From Gemmatimonadota bacterium (lineage in GTDB: Bacteria > Gemmatimonadota > Gemmatimonadetes > Palauibacterales > Palauibacteraceae), in contig JAJEEM010000061.1 in the NCBI GenBank assembly GCA_022820995.1, positions 12,582 through 76,581 of the forward strand: a stretch of DNA of 64,000 bases, in the 5' to 3' direction. The translations under genes and the position numbers were made by a program. Numbering within the stretch: the first letter of the stretch is position 1; each line of letters starts with the position of its first letter. Below, one piece after another: positions 29,967 through 38,371 of the stretch. The notes under the pieces were generated by a model. The model had not been told where the DNA came from. It did not search any database and saw nothing but the letters and a program-made list of their open reading frames with translations.

Positions 29967-30500
29967 ATGCAACCTCGACCCCTCGCGACGGAACGTCCCA
30001 TCCCGGAGAGTTGGGAGCCGGACCTCGAGGCGACCCTCCTCTACATCGTGCGGGGAGGCGAAATCCTCCTCATCCACAAGAAGCGAGGCCTCGGCGCCGG
30101 CAAGCTGAACGGAGCCGGGGGCAAGGTCGAACCCGGCGAGAGCACGATCGAGGCCGCGATGCGCGAGTTCCAGGAGGAACTGCGTGCGCGGCCCGTGGCG
30201 CCCCGGAAGGTCGGCGAAGTGGGATTCGAGGTGCTGAGCGGCATGTCCATCCTGATCCACGTCTTCCGGTCGGACGTGCTGGAAGGAGAGCCCGTCGAGA
30301 CGGGCGAGGCGACCCCCGTGTGGACGCCCGTCGACGACATCCCGTACGACCGGATGTGGGAGGACGACCGCCACTGGCTGCCGCACCTGATCGAGGACCG
30401 CCCGTTCCAGGCCTACGCGCGTTTCGAGGGCGATGACATGGTGCACTGCCGGGTGGTCTGTCTCTCCGACACCGACAGCTTGCGCCCGGAGTCGCTCTGA
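29967..30500 (+). CDS. NUDIX hydrolase (MutT-like)
   Basis: Nudix box 'GKVEPGESTIEAAMREFQEELRA' (GX5EX7REUXEEXGU). Confidence 0.8.
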   Translation: MQPRPLATERPIPESWEPDLEATLLYIVRGGEILLIHKKRGLGAGKLNGAGGKVEPGESTIEAAMREFQEELRARPVAPRKVGEVGFEVLSGMSILIHVFRSDVLEGEPVETGEATPVWTPVDDIPYDRMWEDDRHWLPHLIEDRPFQAYARFEGDDMVHCRVVCLSDTDSLRPESL

Positions 30501-30543
30501 AGCACCCGCGCGACCCCGTTCGGGCACCGAGACTCCGCAGGAG

Positions 30544-32400
30544 ATGAATCCGATGCCGAAGACATCGCGAAACCCGGCCCCGCTTCGTGCCGCACTCCTG
30601 GTGATCGCCGCGCTGGCGGGATTGGCTCTCCCGCGGAGCGCCGCGTCGCAGCAGCCGGTAGGGATCGCGGGACGCCTCCTCGACGCCGGCACCCGAGCAC
30701 CCATCGCGGCGGCGCTCGTCTCCATCCCCGCGCTGGACGTCTCGACGCTCACCGCCACGGACGGAGCGTTCCAACTGGTCGTCCCCCCCGGCTCGCACAC
30801 GTTCGAGATCCGGCACATCGGCTACGGTACGCGGACGACCGAGGTCGAGGCGCGGGCCGACGGCACGCTCTCGCTGGAGTTCCTCATCGAGCCGGCGGCG
30901 ATCGAGGTCGCCCCGCTCGAGGTCAACGTCGAGTGGAGACCGTCGTACCTGGAGCAGGTCGGTTTCTACGAGCGCCGGGCTCACGGCAACCCTCGAAGCA
31001 GATTCTACGATCCCGACGACATCCGCCGCGGAGGCGACCCCCTGATCGTCGGCTGGCGAATCATGAACGATAGTATCCTCAACCTGAGCCGGGCCACCAG
31101 CTTCAGCCTGTGCACTCCACAGATCCTCATCGATGGCCGCCGGGACCGCGTCGGCTTCATGACCGGCCTCGCCTATCACCGAATAGGAGGCGTAGAGGTC
31201 CACGGCGAGCCGCACAAAGTGCCGGGCCTCGAGCCTCTGATACGCGCGGGGGGCGAGGATGGGTATTGCCCCACGGTCCTCATCTGGACACGCCAGTGGC
31301 TGACCGCGGCCGAGCTTGAAGAGCGGCGGATCGTTCTCTGCGAGCCCGACCCCGGAACGGACCGGGCTCCGCTCGTGGTCGAGGGGACGGTCACGGATGC
31401 GCTGACCGGCCTCCTCCTGCCCCGGGCGACCGTGACGGCCTGGATCACGGAACCGGGCGGTCGGGAGCGTGAGAAGGAGACGACGGCCGACGACAACGGC
31501 CGCTTCCGGTTCTGCGACCTCGATCCGCGGACGGGCGTGAAGATCTGGGCCAGGTACGCCGGCCTCGGCGGCGAACTGGCGCCCGTGTCGGGCGAGACAG
31601 CCCCCGTGACGGCCGATACGGCCCCCGTGACGCGGGATCTGGTGATCCCCATCGCTCGTCACGGCCATGTCGCCGGCCGCGTCTTCGATCGCCAGCGGGG
31701 CGAACCCGTGCCCGGGGCCGAGATCAGGCTGGCGACGGCCGAGGCCGCACCGACCCCCGGCGACCGTGGCCCGTCCGCCGAGGCCGGTTATACGACGATG
31801 AGCGACGAGCACGGTCTCTTCGCGATTCCGGACCTGATCCCCGGGGACTACGGGCTCGCCGTATCCCACCCCGACGCCGGTGTCGCCGGAGACACCATCC
31901 CGGTCCCCTCCGGTTCAACGGTGGATGTCCGCGTCGAACTCGACCCCGCGCCCGACGCCGCCTCGCCCGGAGCGGGGCCGCGGATCGTGGCTGAGCGGCG
32001 GCATCCGCGTCTCACGGAAGTCGGTTTCTACGAACGCAGGCGGGAGAGCGCGACACGCGGCCGCGGACACTTTTTCACACCGGAGCGGATTAGGGCCCTC
32101 GCGCCCACTCGCCTCACCGACATCCTCACCGAGGTGGACGGCCTGCGCGAAGTCTGCCCGCGACAGACGTGCCGCCTCGTCTCGCCGCCCGCGAGGAGAT
32201 GCTCCCACATGTCCGTCTTCCTGAACGACACGCTGGTCATTGATGGCCGCGCCTGGGACTTCGAGCAGGGGGGCGTGGACGACCTGGCGGCTCCGCATGA
32301 GATCGTCGCCATCGAGGTCTACCTGAGGGCCGTCTCCCTGCCCGGGGAGTTCGCCGCTCCATCCAACCGGTGCGGCGCGATCGTCATCTGGAGCGGGTAG
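30544..32400 (+). CDS. Exported protein with carboxypeptidase-regulatory-like beta-sandwich domains and two TonB-plug-like modules (no barrel)
   Basis: Signal peptide. Repeated 'GRLLDAGTRAPIAAALVSI / GTVTDALTGLLLPRATVTAWI / GRVFDRQRGEPVPGAEIRL' CarbopepD_reg-like starts. Two internally similar modules, each beginning 'EVGFYERR...'. Confidence 0.5.
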   Translation: MNPMPKTSRNPAPLRAALLVIAALAGLALPRSAASQQPVGIAGRLLDAGTRAPIAAALVSIPALDVSTLTATDGAFQLVVPPGSHTFEIRHIGYGTRTTEVEARADGTLSLEFLIEPAAIEVAPLEVNVEWRPSYLEQVGFYERRAHGNPRSRFYDPDDIRRGGDPLIVGWRIMNDSILNLSRATSFSLCTPQILIDGRRDRVGFMTGLAYHRIGGVEVHGEPHKVPGLEPLIRAGGEDGYCPTVLIWTRQWLTAAELEERRIVLCEPDPGTDRAPLVVEGTVTDALTGLLLPRATVTAWITEPGGREREKETTADDNGRFRFCDLDPRTGVKIWARYAGLGGELAPVSGETAPVTADTAPVTRDLVIPIARHGHVAGRVFDRQRGEPVPGAEIRLATAEAAPTPGDRGPSAEAGYTTMSDEHGLFAIPDLIPGDYGLAVSHPDAGVAGDTIPVPSGSTVDVRVELDPAPDAASPGAGPRIVAERRHPRLTEVGFYERRRESATRGRGHFFTPERIRALAPTRLTDILTEVDGLREVCPRQTCRLVSPPARRCSHMSVFLNDTLVIDGRAWDFEQGGVDDLAAPHEIVAIEVYLRAVSLPGEFAAPSNRCGAIVIWSG

Positions 32401-33235
32401 CCGCGGACGCGATGGCTCTCAGCGCGGCGACGCGCTCTTCCGTGGGCGGATGGGTCGTGAAGAGGGAGGTGAGACCGCGACGTCGACCCGCGAAGGGGTT
32501 CACGATCGCGAGCGAGGCGCCGGCCGGGTTCACCTCCATCGGGATGCGGCGGGCGCCGGATTCCAGGCGCTTCAGGGCGCCGGCCAGACCCATGGGATCG
32601 CCCGTGATCTCGCCCCCGGTGCGGTCCGCCTGAAACTCGTTGCGGCGGCTGATCGCCATCTGGATGATGACGGCCGCCAGCGGGGCGACGATGGCCATGA
32701 CCAGCATGCCGAGCGGGTTGTCGCCGTCATCGCGTCCGCCGCCGAAGATGAAGCCCCAGCGGGCGATCGAGGCGATCATCGCGATCGCGCCCGCCATCGT
32801 CGCCGCGACCGTGCCGACGAGCATGTGCCGGTGCTTGATGTGGGCCAGTTCGTGCGCGATCACGCCGTCCAGTTCGCGGGGAGGCAGCGCGCGCAGGATC
32901 CCCTGCGTGAAGCAGACCACGGCGTGCTCCGGGTTGCGTCCCGTCGCGAAGGCGTTCGGCTGCGGCTGCGGCGAGACGGCCACGACCGGCGCCGGCAGCC
33001 CCGCCCGCTTCCGCAGCCGCTCCACCCGGTCGTACAGGTCCGGCGCCTGCGACCGGTCGACGATCCGGGCCCGGTACATGCGCAGGACGACCCGGTCGCT
33101 GAACCAGTACATCCCGAAGTTCATCGCCCCCGAAAGCACCAGGAACAGCACCGCGCCCTGCTGCCCGAACAGCATCTGGCCGGCGAACACCATGAGAAGC
33201 GTCAGGCCCGTCATGAGGCCGAATACCTTGAACAT
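32384..33235 (-). CDS. htpX: M48 zinc metalloprotease HtpX
   Basis: 'HELAHIKHRH' HExxH motif, downstream Glu ligand, and 4 TM segments arranged as in HtpX. Confidence 0.85.
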   Translation of the reverse strand: MFKVFGLMTGLTLLMVFAGQMLFGQQGAVLFLVLSGAMNFGMYWFSDRVVLRMYRARIVDRSQAPDLYDRVERLRKRAGLPAPVVAVSPQPQPNAFATGRNPEHAVVCFTQGILRALPPRELDGVIAHELAHIKHRHMLVGTVAATMAGAIAMIASIARWGFIFGGGRDDGDNPLGMLVMAIVAPLAAVIIQMAISRRNEFQADRTGGEITGDPMGLAGALKRLESGARRIPMEVNPAGASLAIVNPFAGRRRGLTSLFTTHPPTEERVAALRAIASAATRSR

Positions 33236-33277
33236 CCTCTTTATCCCTCCGAGATCCCTGCGTCTCTCTTCTCAGTC

Positions 33278-33985
33278 CTAGCGTCCGACCGCGGCGCCCC
33301 GCGCCGCAGCGATGTCCGCATCCGCCGCCAGCAGGTCGCAGAACACGAAACCATCCCGTTCCACGACCTCGCCGCGTGCGACCGGGATCGGCCGGGACAG
33401 GATCGGACCGTCCCACACGAAGGTATGGAATTCTCCGTTCTCCCCGCACGGATCGACCCCTTCCGGGAGGTCGGCGAGGAAGCGGGCGTCGAAAGCGCGG
33501 CCCGCGAAGGAGGCGTCGAGCGCCGCCGGGTCGATGCAGACCGCGATGGCCTCGAACCCGTCCCGGATGAAGGAACGCGCGAGCGCCCCCGTGGGTTGCC
33601 TCCAGATCGGAAAGAGACACTCCAGCCCGGAGCCGGCGAGTTGCCGTTCGCGATACTCGCGGAGGTCCTCCAGGAAGATGTCCCCGAAGGCCACGCGGCG
33701 GATTCCGTCCTCTTGGAGGCGGTCGAAGGCCTCTCCCATCGCCCGTTCATAGATTTTATTCGAGGACTGCGGCGGGACGACGACCTCGACGAGCGGGATG
33801 CCGATGGCCGCCGCCTGGTCGCGCACCAGCGCGCGCCGCACGCCGTGCATGCTCACCCGGTCGTAGGCGTCGGTCACCGTCGTGATCAGGGTCTCGACCC
33901 GCCAGGCTCCGGACTGCTGCAGCGCATGCAGGGCCAGGGCGCTGTCCTTGCCGCCGCTGAAGCACATCGCGATGCGTTCGCTCAC
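33278..33985 (-). CDS. PP-loop ATP pyrophosphatase of the Dph6/MJ0570 (COG2102) family
   Basis: 'FSGGKDS' PP-loop at the N-terminus, followed by a conserved 'EFHTFV' C-terminal block. The start (GTG, VSERIAM) is uncertain. Confidence 0.6.
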   Translation of the reverse strand: MSERIAMCFSGGKDSALALHALQQSGAWRVETLITTVTDAYDRVSMHGVRRALVRDQAAAIGIPLVEVVVPPQSSNKIYERAMGEAFDRLQEDGIRRVAFGDIFLEDLREYRERQLAGSGLECLFPIWRQPTGALARSFIRDGFEAIAVCIDPAALDASFAGRAFDARFLADLPEGVDPCGENGEFHTFVWDGPILSRPIPVARGEVVERDGFVFCDLLAADADIAAARGAAVGR

Positions 33986-34004
33986 TCCGGGCCCGCTCCG
34001 GCGC

Positions 34005-35510
34005 TCACTCCATGACCGTCGCCCGGAACGCCCCCGTGAGCACGCGGCCCTCTCGCTTGACCTGCACCCAGATCGTGTACTCGCCCGGCTGAGGGAATGC
34101 GAACGGGAACTCGACCACGCCGGCGGGGGACGCCGCGCCGGCGCCGCCCATCGGCGACCCTCCGCCCATCGGCGACCCTTCGGGCGCGAGCACCGAGAGC
34201 GAGCCCATGGAAATCGTGCCCGCGGGATGCAGGTGCACGAACACCGCCCCGTCATCTCGCGTGAGCGCGGCGTGGCTGCGCATCCCCATGTAGGGTTCCA
34301 GGTCGGCCGGCTTCTCGTCGGGATCCCACACCCTGAACGACAGCACCGTTTCCTCGTCGACCCGAAGCTCCCGGTCGCCCTGCCACTCGAGGATGGAACC
34401 GTCGGCCAGCGGCGCCTCGGAGCGCGGCCCGGCGACCGCCATCGGAAGTCCGGTCCACGCCGAGTCGTCAGGGTCCGGCAGCAGGTCGGCGCCCTCGCCG
34501 GCCTCGCCGGGAGCCGCGAGCGCCGCCGCGTCGACGGTCACCGTGTCGACGACCGTCTGCGCGAAGCCGGACTCGTTGACGATGTCGCCGTAGATGCGGT
34601 ATTCGCCCGGCGGCAGGTCCGGCCACGGGACGCGGAAGGTGGACGAGTCCACGGGGACGGGGTGCACGTGGGCGAACGCGTCCATGCCCGGCGCCCCGAC
34701 CACGAACATGTGCATGAGCTTGCCGTGGTCCGGCACCAGCGGAGTCCAGTCCCGGCCCCGCCAGGCGGGATCGGTGATCGCGATCTCCAGAGCGGGCGTC
34801 CCTCCGTCGCGCACGATCGCGCCCTCCACGGCGAGGCGCTCGAAGATCCCGCTGCGGACGTCCCGGTCGACTGCTTCCCACCAGGCGTTCCCCAGGTAGA
34901 GGAGGCCCGCGACTCCCACGGCGGTGAGGACCATGGCGATCCGGGCGCGGCGGCGCCGACCCGGCCCCGCCGCCTCCCCCGCCGGAACCTGGCTCTCCCG
35001 CACCGCGGCCCCCGTGATCGAGACCACGCCGGCGACCAGGAGCAGCGCGAGCGCGGCCAGGATCCAGCCGAGACCCGGCGGCAGGTCGAGCACTCCGAGC
35101 ATGACCGAGGTCACGGGAACCGAGACCTCGCCGCTCCCCCGGGCCCCCTCCACCGCGACCTCGACCCGGTACGCGCCCACCGTCATGAGCCACAGTTCCG
35201 CAGCGTACAGTTCGGGATCGCCCGCCACGGGAGCGGCGACGTCGGCGGGCGGCGCGCCGCCTTCCGGGGCCGCGTCCCAGCGCACGGGACGCACGGTCAC
35301 GCGGTCCGCACCGCCGCCCGACACGCGGACGGAGACCTCCGCCAGCCCCGGGATGACCTCCGGCGGACGGATGACGACGGAGACAGGCCAGGGCCCCGCC
35401 TCGCCGGAGAAGAAGACGTTCTTGCTCCCGACGTGCCCTGTCGCCACGACGTACAGCCCGGCCACGAACGCCGCTGTCCGCGCGAGACGGGCGACCCGGC
35501 AGGGCCTCAC
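34005..35510 (-). CDS. Exported/membrane-anchored hypothetical protein with two HxHP-containing beta-rich domains
   Basis: N-terminal hydrophobic signal, a central TM segment and two similar motifs ('DAFAHVHPVP' and 'AVFVHLHPAG'). GTG start overlaps the stop of the upstream membrane-protein gene (GTGA). Contains a small in-frame repeat GSPMGGGSPMGG. Confidence 0.5.
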   Translation of the reverse strand: MRPCRVARLARTAAFVAGLYVVATGHVGSKNVFFSGEAGPWPVSVVIRPPEVIPGLAEVSVRVSGGGADRVTVRPVRWDAAPEGGAPPADVAAPVAGDPELYAAELWLMTVGAYRVEVAVEGARGSGEVSVPVTSVMLGVLDLPPGLGWILAALALLLVAGVVSITGAAVRESQVPAGEAAGPGRRRRARIAMVLTAVGVAGLLYLGNAWWEAVDRDVRSGIFERLAVEGAIVRDGGTPALEIAITDPAWRGRDWTPLVPDHGKLMHMFVVGAPGMDAFAHVHPVPVDSSTFRVPWPDLPPGEYRIYGDIVNESGFAQTVVDTVTVDAAALAAPGEAGEGADLLPDPDDSAWTGLPMAVAGPRSEAPLADGSILEWQGDRELRVDEETVLSFRVWDPDEKPADLEPYMGMRSHAALTRDDGAVFVHLHPAGTISMGSLSVLAPEGSPMGGGSPMGGAGAASPAGVVEFPFAFPQPGEYTIWVQVKREGRVLTGAFRATVME

Positions 35511-36727
35511 CGGCGGACGCGCAGGCACCAGTTGCCCAGCCACAGGCCCGAGCGGGCGGAGACGAACGCGATCGGCAGCGCCCACCACGCCGCGGCGACG
35601 AACCGCGACGCGGAGAAGTCGCCCGCGAGGTACGGGCCGCCGTGCCAGAACACGTTCTGCCAGGCGCCGGGCGCTGCGGTGTAGCCCCACGTGTCGCCCT
35701 GGAAGAAGTAGTTCCGCGCCCCTTCGGAGAGCATGAAGTCGGCGAAGACCCACTGGATCGCGCCGAAGGTGGCCACGAAGGCGACGCCCCCCACGGCCGC
35801 GATCCGCCAGTCCGCCGATGCCCGCCCGGGCGCCTCGCCCGGCGCCGAATGTCGCCGCAGCAGGAGGTCGATCACGATCGCGGGCGCGAACAGGAGGAGC
35901 GGGAACTCGGGCGCCACCATGTGGGTGACCGGACGCAGGATCGGTGCGAGCATCGGCTCCGCCGGGAAGAGCGGCAGCACCCACATCATCGCCAGGGCGA
36001 CCCCGGTGTAGACCAGCGCCGCGCACGTCGCCGGCCAGCGCATCTGCCCGGCCCTCCCGATGGCGAAGAAGAGGACGGGGAAGACCGCCGCCATGATGAG
36101 GTGGAACGCCGCCCCGTGCATCTGGTTCGGGAACGTGTACTCCATGAGCAGCACGGAGAGCGACAGGATCAGCATCGCGGCGCTGAACACATAGGCCCCC
36201 GCGAGCTTGCGCCGGCCCGCCTCCGAGGCGCGGTTGTGCCACGACAGCGCCATCAGCAGAGCGCCCACCTGGATCGCATAGATTCCAAGCGCCAGGACCA
36301 CGTGGGGCGGGCTCAGGATCTCGACGTCGAGCCCGTACGCGTTGTGCCACCAGTCGTCGAGCGGCGCGGACGTGAGCATGGCGATCGCGCCCCAGATCGC
36401 CACCCAGGCCCCGAGCGGCGCACGGAAGCCCCACATGCGGACGGAGCGTCCGACCTCCGCGTCCGTCCCCGAAAACGTCGTCTTCAGCGCGAGCCACCCG
36501 CACGACAGCCCCGCCGCCAGCCCGCCCGCGTAGACGAGCAGGTGCGCGGGCGTGAAGAGCGTGTCCCGCCCGATCGTCCGGTGCCACGAGATGTCCCACG
36601 TAATGCCCACGATCACGGCTCCCGAGGCGAACAGGACCGCGGCCAGAGGCCACGGAATGCTGTCCGCCGACTCCGCCGCGCCCTCGCGCCGCGCGAAGAC
36701 GGAGGCGGGTGCTGCTGTCGATTCCAT
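35507..36727 (-). CDS. Polytopic membrane protein, hypothetical (about 10 TM)
   Basis: Strongly hydrophobic 406 aa ORF with realistic composition. Contains 'WDISWHRTIGRD' and 'LDDWWHNAYGLD' loop motifs. Confidence 0.55.
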   Translation of the reverse strand: MESTAAPASVFARREGAAESADSIPWPLAAVLFASGAVIVGITWDISWHRTIGRDTLFTPAHLLVYAGGLAAGLSCGWLALKTTFSGTDAEVGRSVRMWGFRAPLGAWVAIWGAIAMLTSAPLDDWWHNAYGLDVEILSPPHVVLALGIYAIQVGALLMALSWHNRASEAGRRKLAGAYVFSAAMLILSLSVLLMEYTFPNQMHGAAFHLIMAAVFPVLFFAIGRAGQMRWPATCAALVYTGVALAMMWVLPLFPAEPMLAPILRPVTHMVAPEFPLLLFAPAIVIDLLLRRHSAPGEAPGRASADWRIAAVGGVAFVATFGAIQWVFADFMLSEGARNYFFQGDTWGYTAAPGAWQNVFWHGGPYLAGDFSASRFVAAAWWALPIAFVSARSGLWLGNWCLRVRR

Positions 36728-36847
36728 CGCGTTCCCCCCGAATTCCTTCCTCCCGCGGCCGGCCGCTCCATGGGCCGCGGGCTATCGACACATCCGATCC
36801 ACCGCCCGAAGATAGGTCTGGTTCAACCGAGATGCAGGAGATTCAAC

Positions 36848-38371
36848 GTGAGATCAGAGAGATTCCGGCACCCGCGCCCGAGGTGGACCGGGAGCGCGCT
36901 CAGAGTCACCGCCCCGGCTGCGGCCGCCGTCGCCCTTGGCGTCGCCGGCTGCGCCCGCCCGGACCCGGCATCGGACCCCGCCGCCTCCGATTCGTCCTCT
37001 GCCGCGCTTGCGGCGGACCAGATCGACGCGATTCACGCCATCGCCGCTTCCCCGATCGAGGCGGGTCGCGCCGCGGGCATGTCCATCGCGGTCGTGCGCG
37101 GGACGGACACGCTCCTGATCGAGGAGTTCGGTCACGCCGACCTCGAACTGGACGTGCTCACGCCCCCGGACGCCGTCTACGAGGTCGGATCCGTGACCAA
37201 GCAGTTCACCGCGGCCGCCGTTCTCCTCCTGCAGGAGGAAGGGAAGCTCTCCCTCGACGACCCGCTCACGAGGTGGCTGCCCGACTACCCCGTCGGGGAC
37301 CGGACCGTCACCGTCCGACAACTCCTGGACCACACCTCGGGCATCAAGGGCTACACCGAGATGGAGCATCTCTGGGCGGAGCTCGCTCCCCTCGAACTCC
37401 CGCGGGACACGCTCGTCACGCTCTTCGCCGCCGAGCCGTTCGATTTCGAACCCGGCACGGCGATGACCTACAACAACTCGGGCTACTTCCTCGCCGGACT
37501 CGTCATCGAGGCGGCGAGCGGGATCAGCTACGAGGACTTCGTCGAGGAGCGCCTCTTCGGCTCGGCCGGGATGGAGAACTCCCGCTACTGCCACAAGGAC
37601 GAACTCACGCCCAACCGGGCGAAGGGGTACGAGCCGGGCGACGACGGGCTGCACCCGGCGCCGTACCTCGACCACCAGTGGCCCTACGCCGCGGGGTCGC
37701 TCTGCTCCACGGTGCGCGACCTCGTCGCCTGGAACCAGGCCCTCCACGGAGACGGGGAGGGCGGCGGGATCCTGACTCCCGAGAGCTATCGCCTGATGAT
37801 CACGCCCGAGCCCCTGCTCGACGGCACGGATCTGCGCTACGCGAAGGGCCTCGCGATCACCGATCGGGACGGGACCCCGCGGATCGGACACGGCGGCGGG
37901 ATCTTCGGCTACGTCACCGACCTCCGCTACGTCCCATCCGAGGATCTGTCCATCGCGGTGCTCATCAACACGGCCGGAGGCGCCTCGCCCGCCGAGGTCG
38001 CGGGACAGATCGAAGATGTGGTGCTCGGCGCGCCGGCGGAGACCGCCACGGCGACCTTCGAGGGCGACCCCTCACCCTACGCGGGCCGCTACGAAGGCCC
38101 GGCCCGCGGCCAGCGCATCACCGCGACGGTGGCGGCCGAGGACGGACAACTGACCATCGACACGGGAGGCGGCGAGCCGGCCACCCTCTCGTGGCTTGGC
38201 GGCGACGAGTTCGCCGATGGGCGGACCCTCTACCGCTTCATCCGCGGAGACGATGCCGAAGCCGCCGAAGCCGCCGAAGCCGCCGGCGGTGCCGGTGCGA
38301 CCGCCCCTTTCAATGAACTTCGGATGGACGTCGTTTCGGGACACTTCGTCCTGCGGAGGATGACCCCATGA
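36848..38371 (+). CDS. Serine hydrolase of the beta-lactamase/penicillin-binding-protein (class C-like) family, lipoprotein
   Basis: Lipobox 'ALGVAGC' and SxxK motif 'GSVTKQF'. YxN-like 'YNNSGY' and a 'HGGG' (KTG-equivalent) region. Probable GTG start; the exact start is uncertain. Confidence 0.75.
   Translation: MRSERFRHPRPRWTGSALRVTAPAAAAVALGVAGCARPDPASDPAASDSSSAALAADQIDAIHAIAASPIEAGRAAGMSIAVVRGTDTLLIEEFGHADLELDVLTPPDAVYEVGSVTKQFTAAAVLLLQEEGKLSLDDPLTRWLPDYPVGDRTVTVRQLLDHTSGIKGYTEMEHLWAELAPLELPRDTLVTLFAAEPFDFEPGTAMTYNNSGYFLAGLVIEAASGISYEDFVEERLFGSAGMENSRYCHKDELTPNRAKGYEPGDDGLHPAPYLDHQWPYAAGSLCSTVRDLVAWNQALHGDGEGGGILTPESYRLMITPEPLLDGTDLRYAKGLAITDRDGTPRIGHGGGIFGYVTDLRYVPSEDLSIAVLINTAGGASPAEVAGQIEDVVLGAPAETATATFEGDPSPYAGRYEGPARGQRITATVAAEDGQLTIDTGGGEPATLSWLGGDEFADGRTLYRFIRGDDAEAAEAAEAAGGAGATAPFNELRMDVVSGHFVLRRMTP

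Noticed and set aside
30070-31869. 599-aa minus-strand ORF opposite the CarbopepD_reg-like gene
   Set aside because: Arg/Gly/Pro-rich. No recognisable domain.
38263-38290. Tandem gccgaagcc x3 repeat
   Set aside because: Simply encodes an AEAAEAAEAA linker inside the beta-lactamase-like gene. No independent feature.
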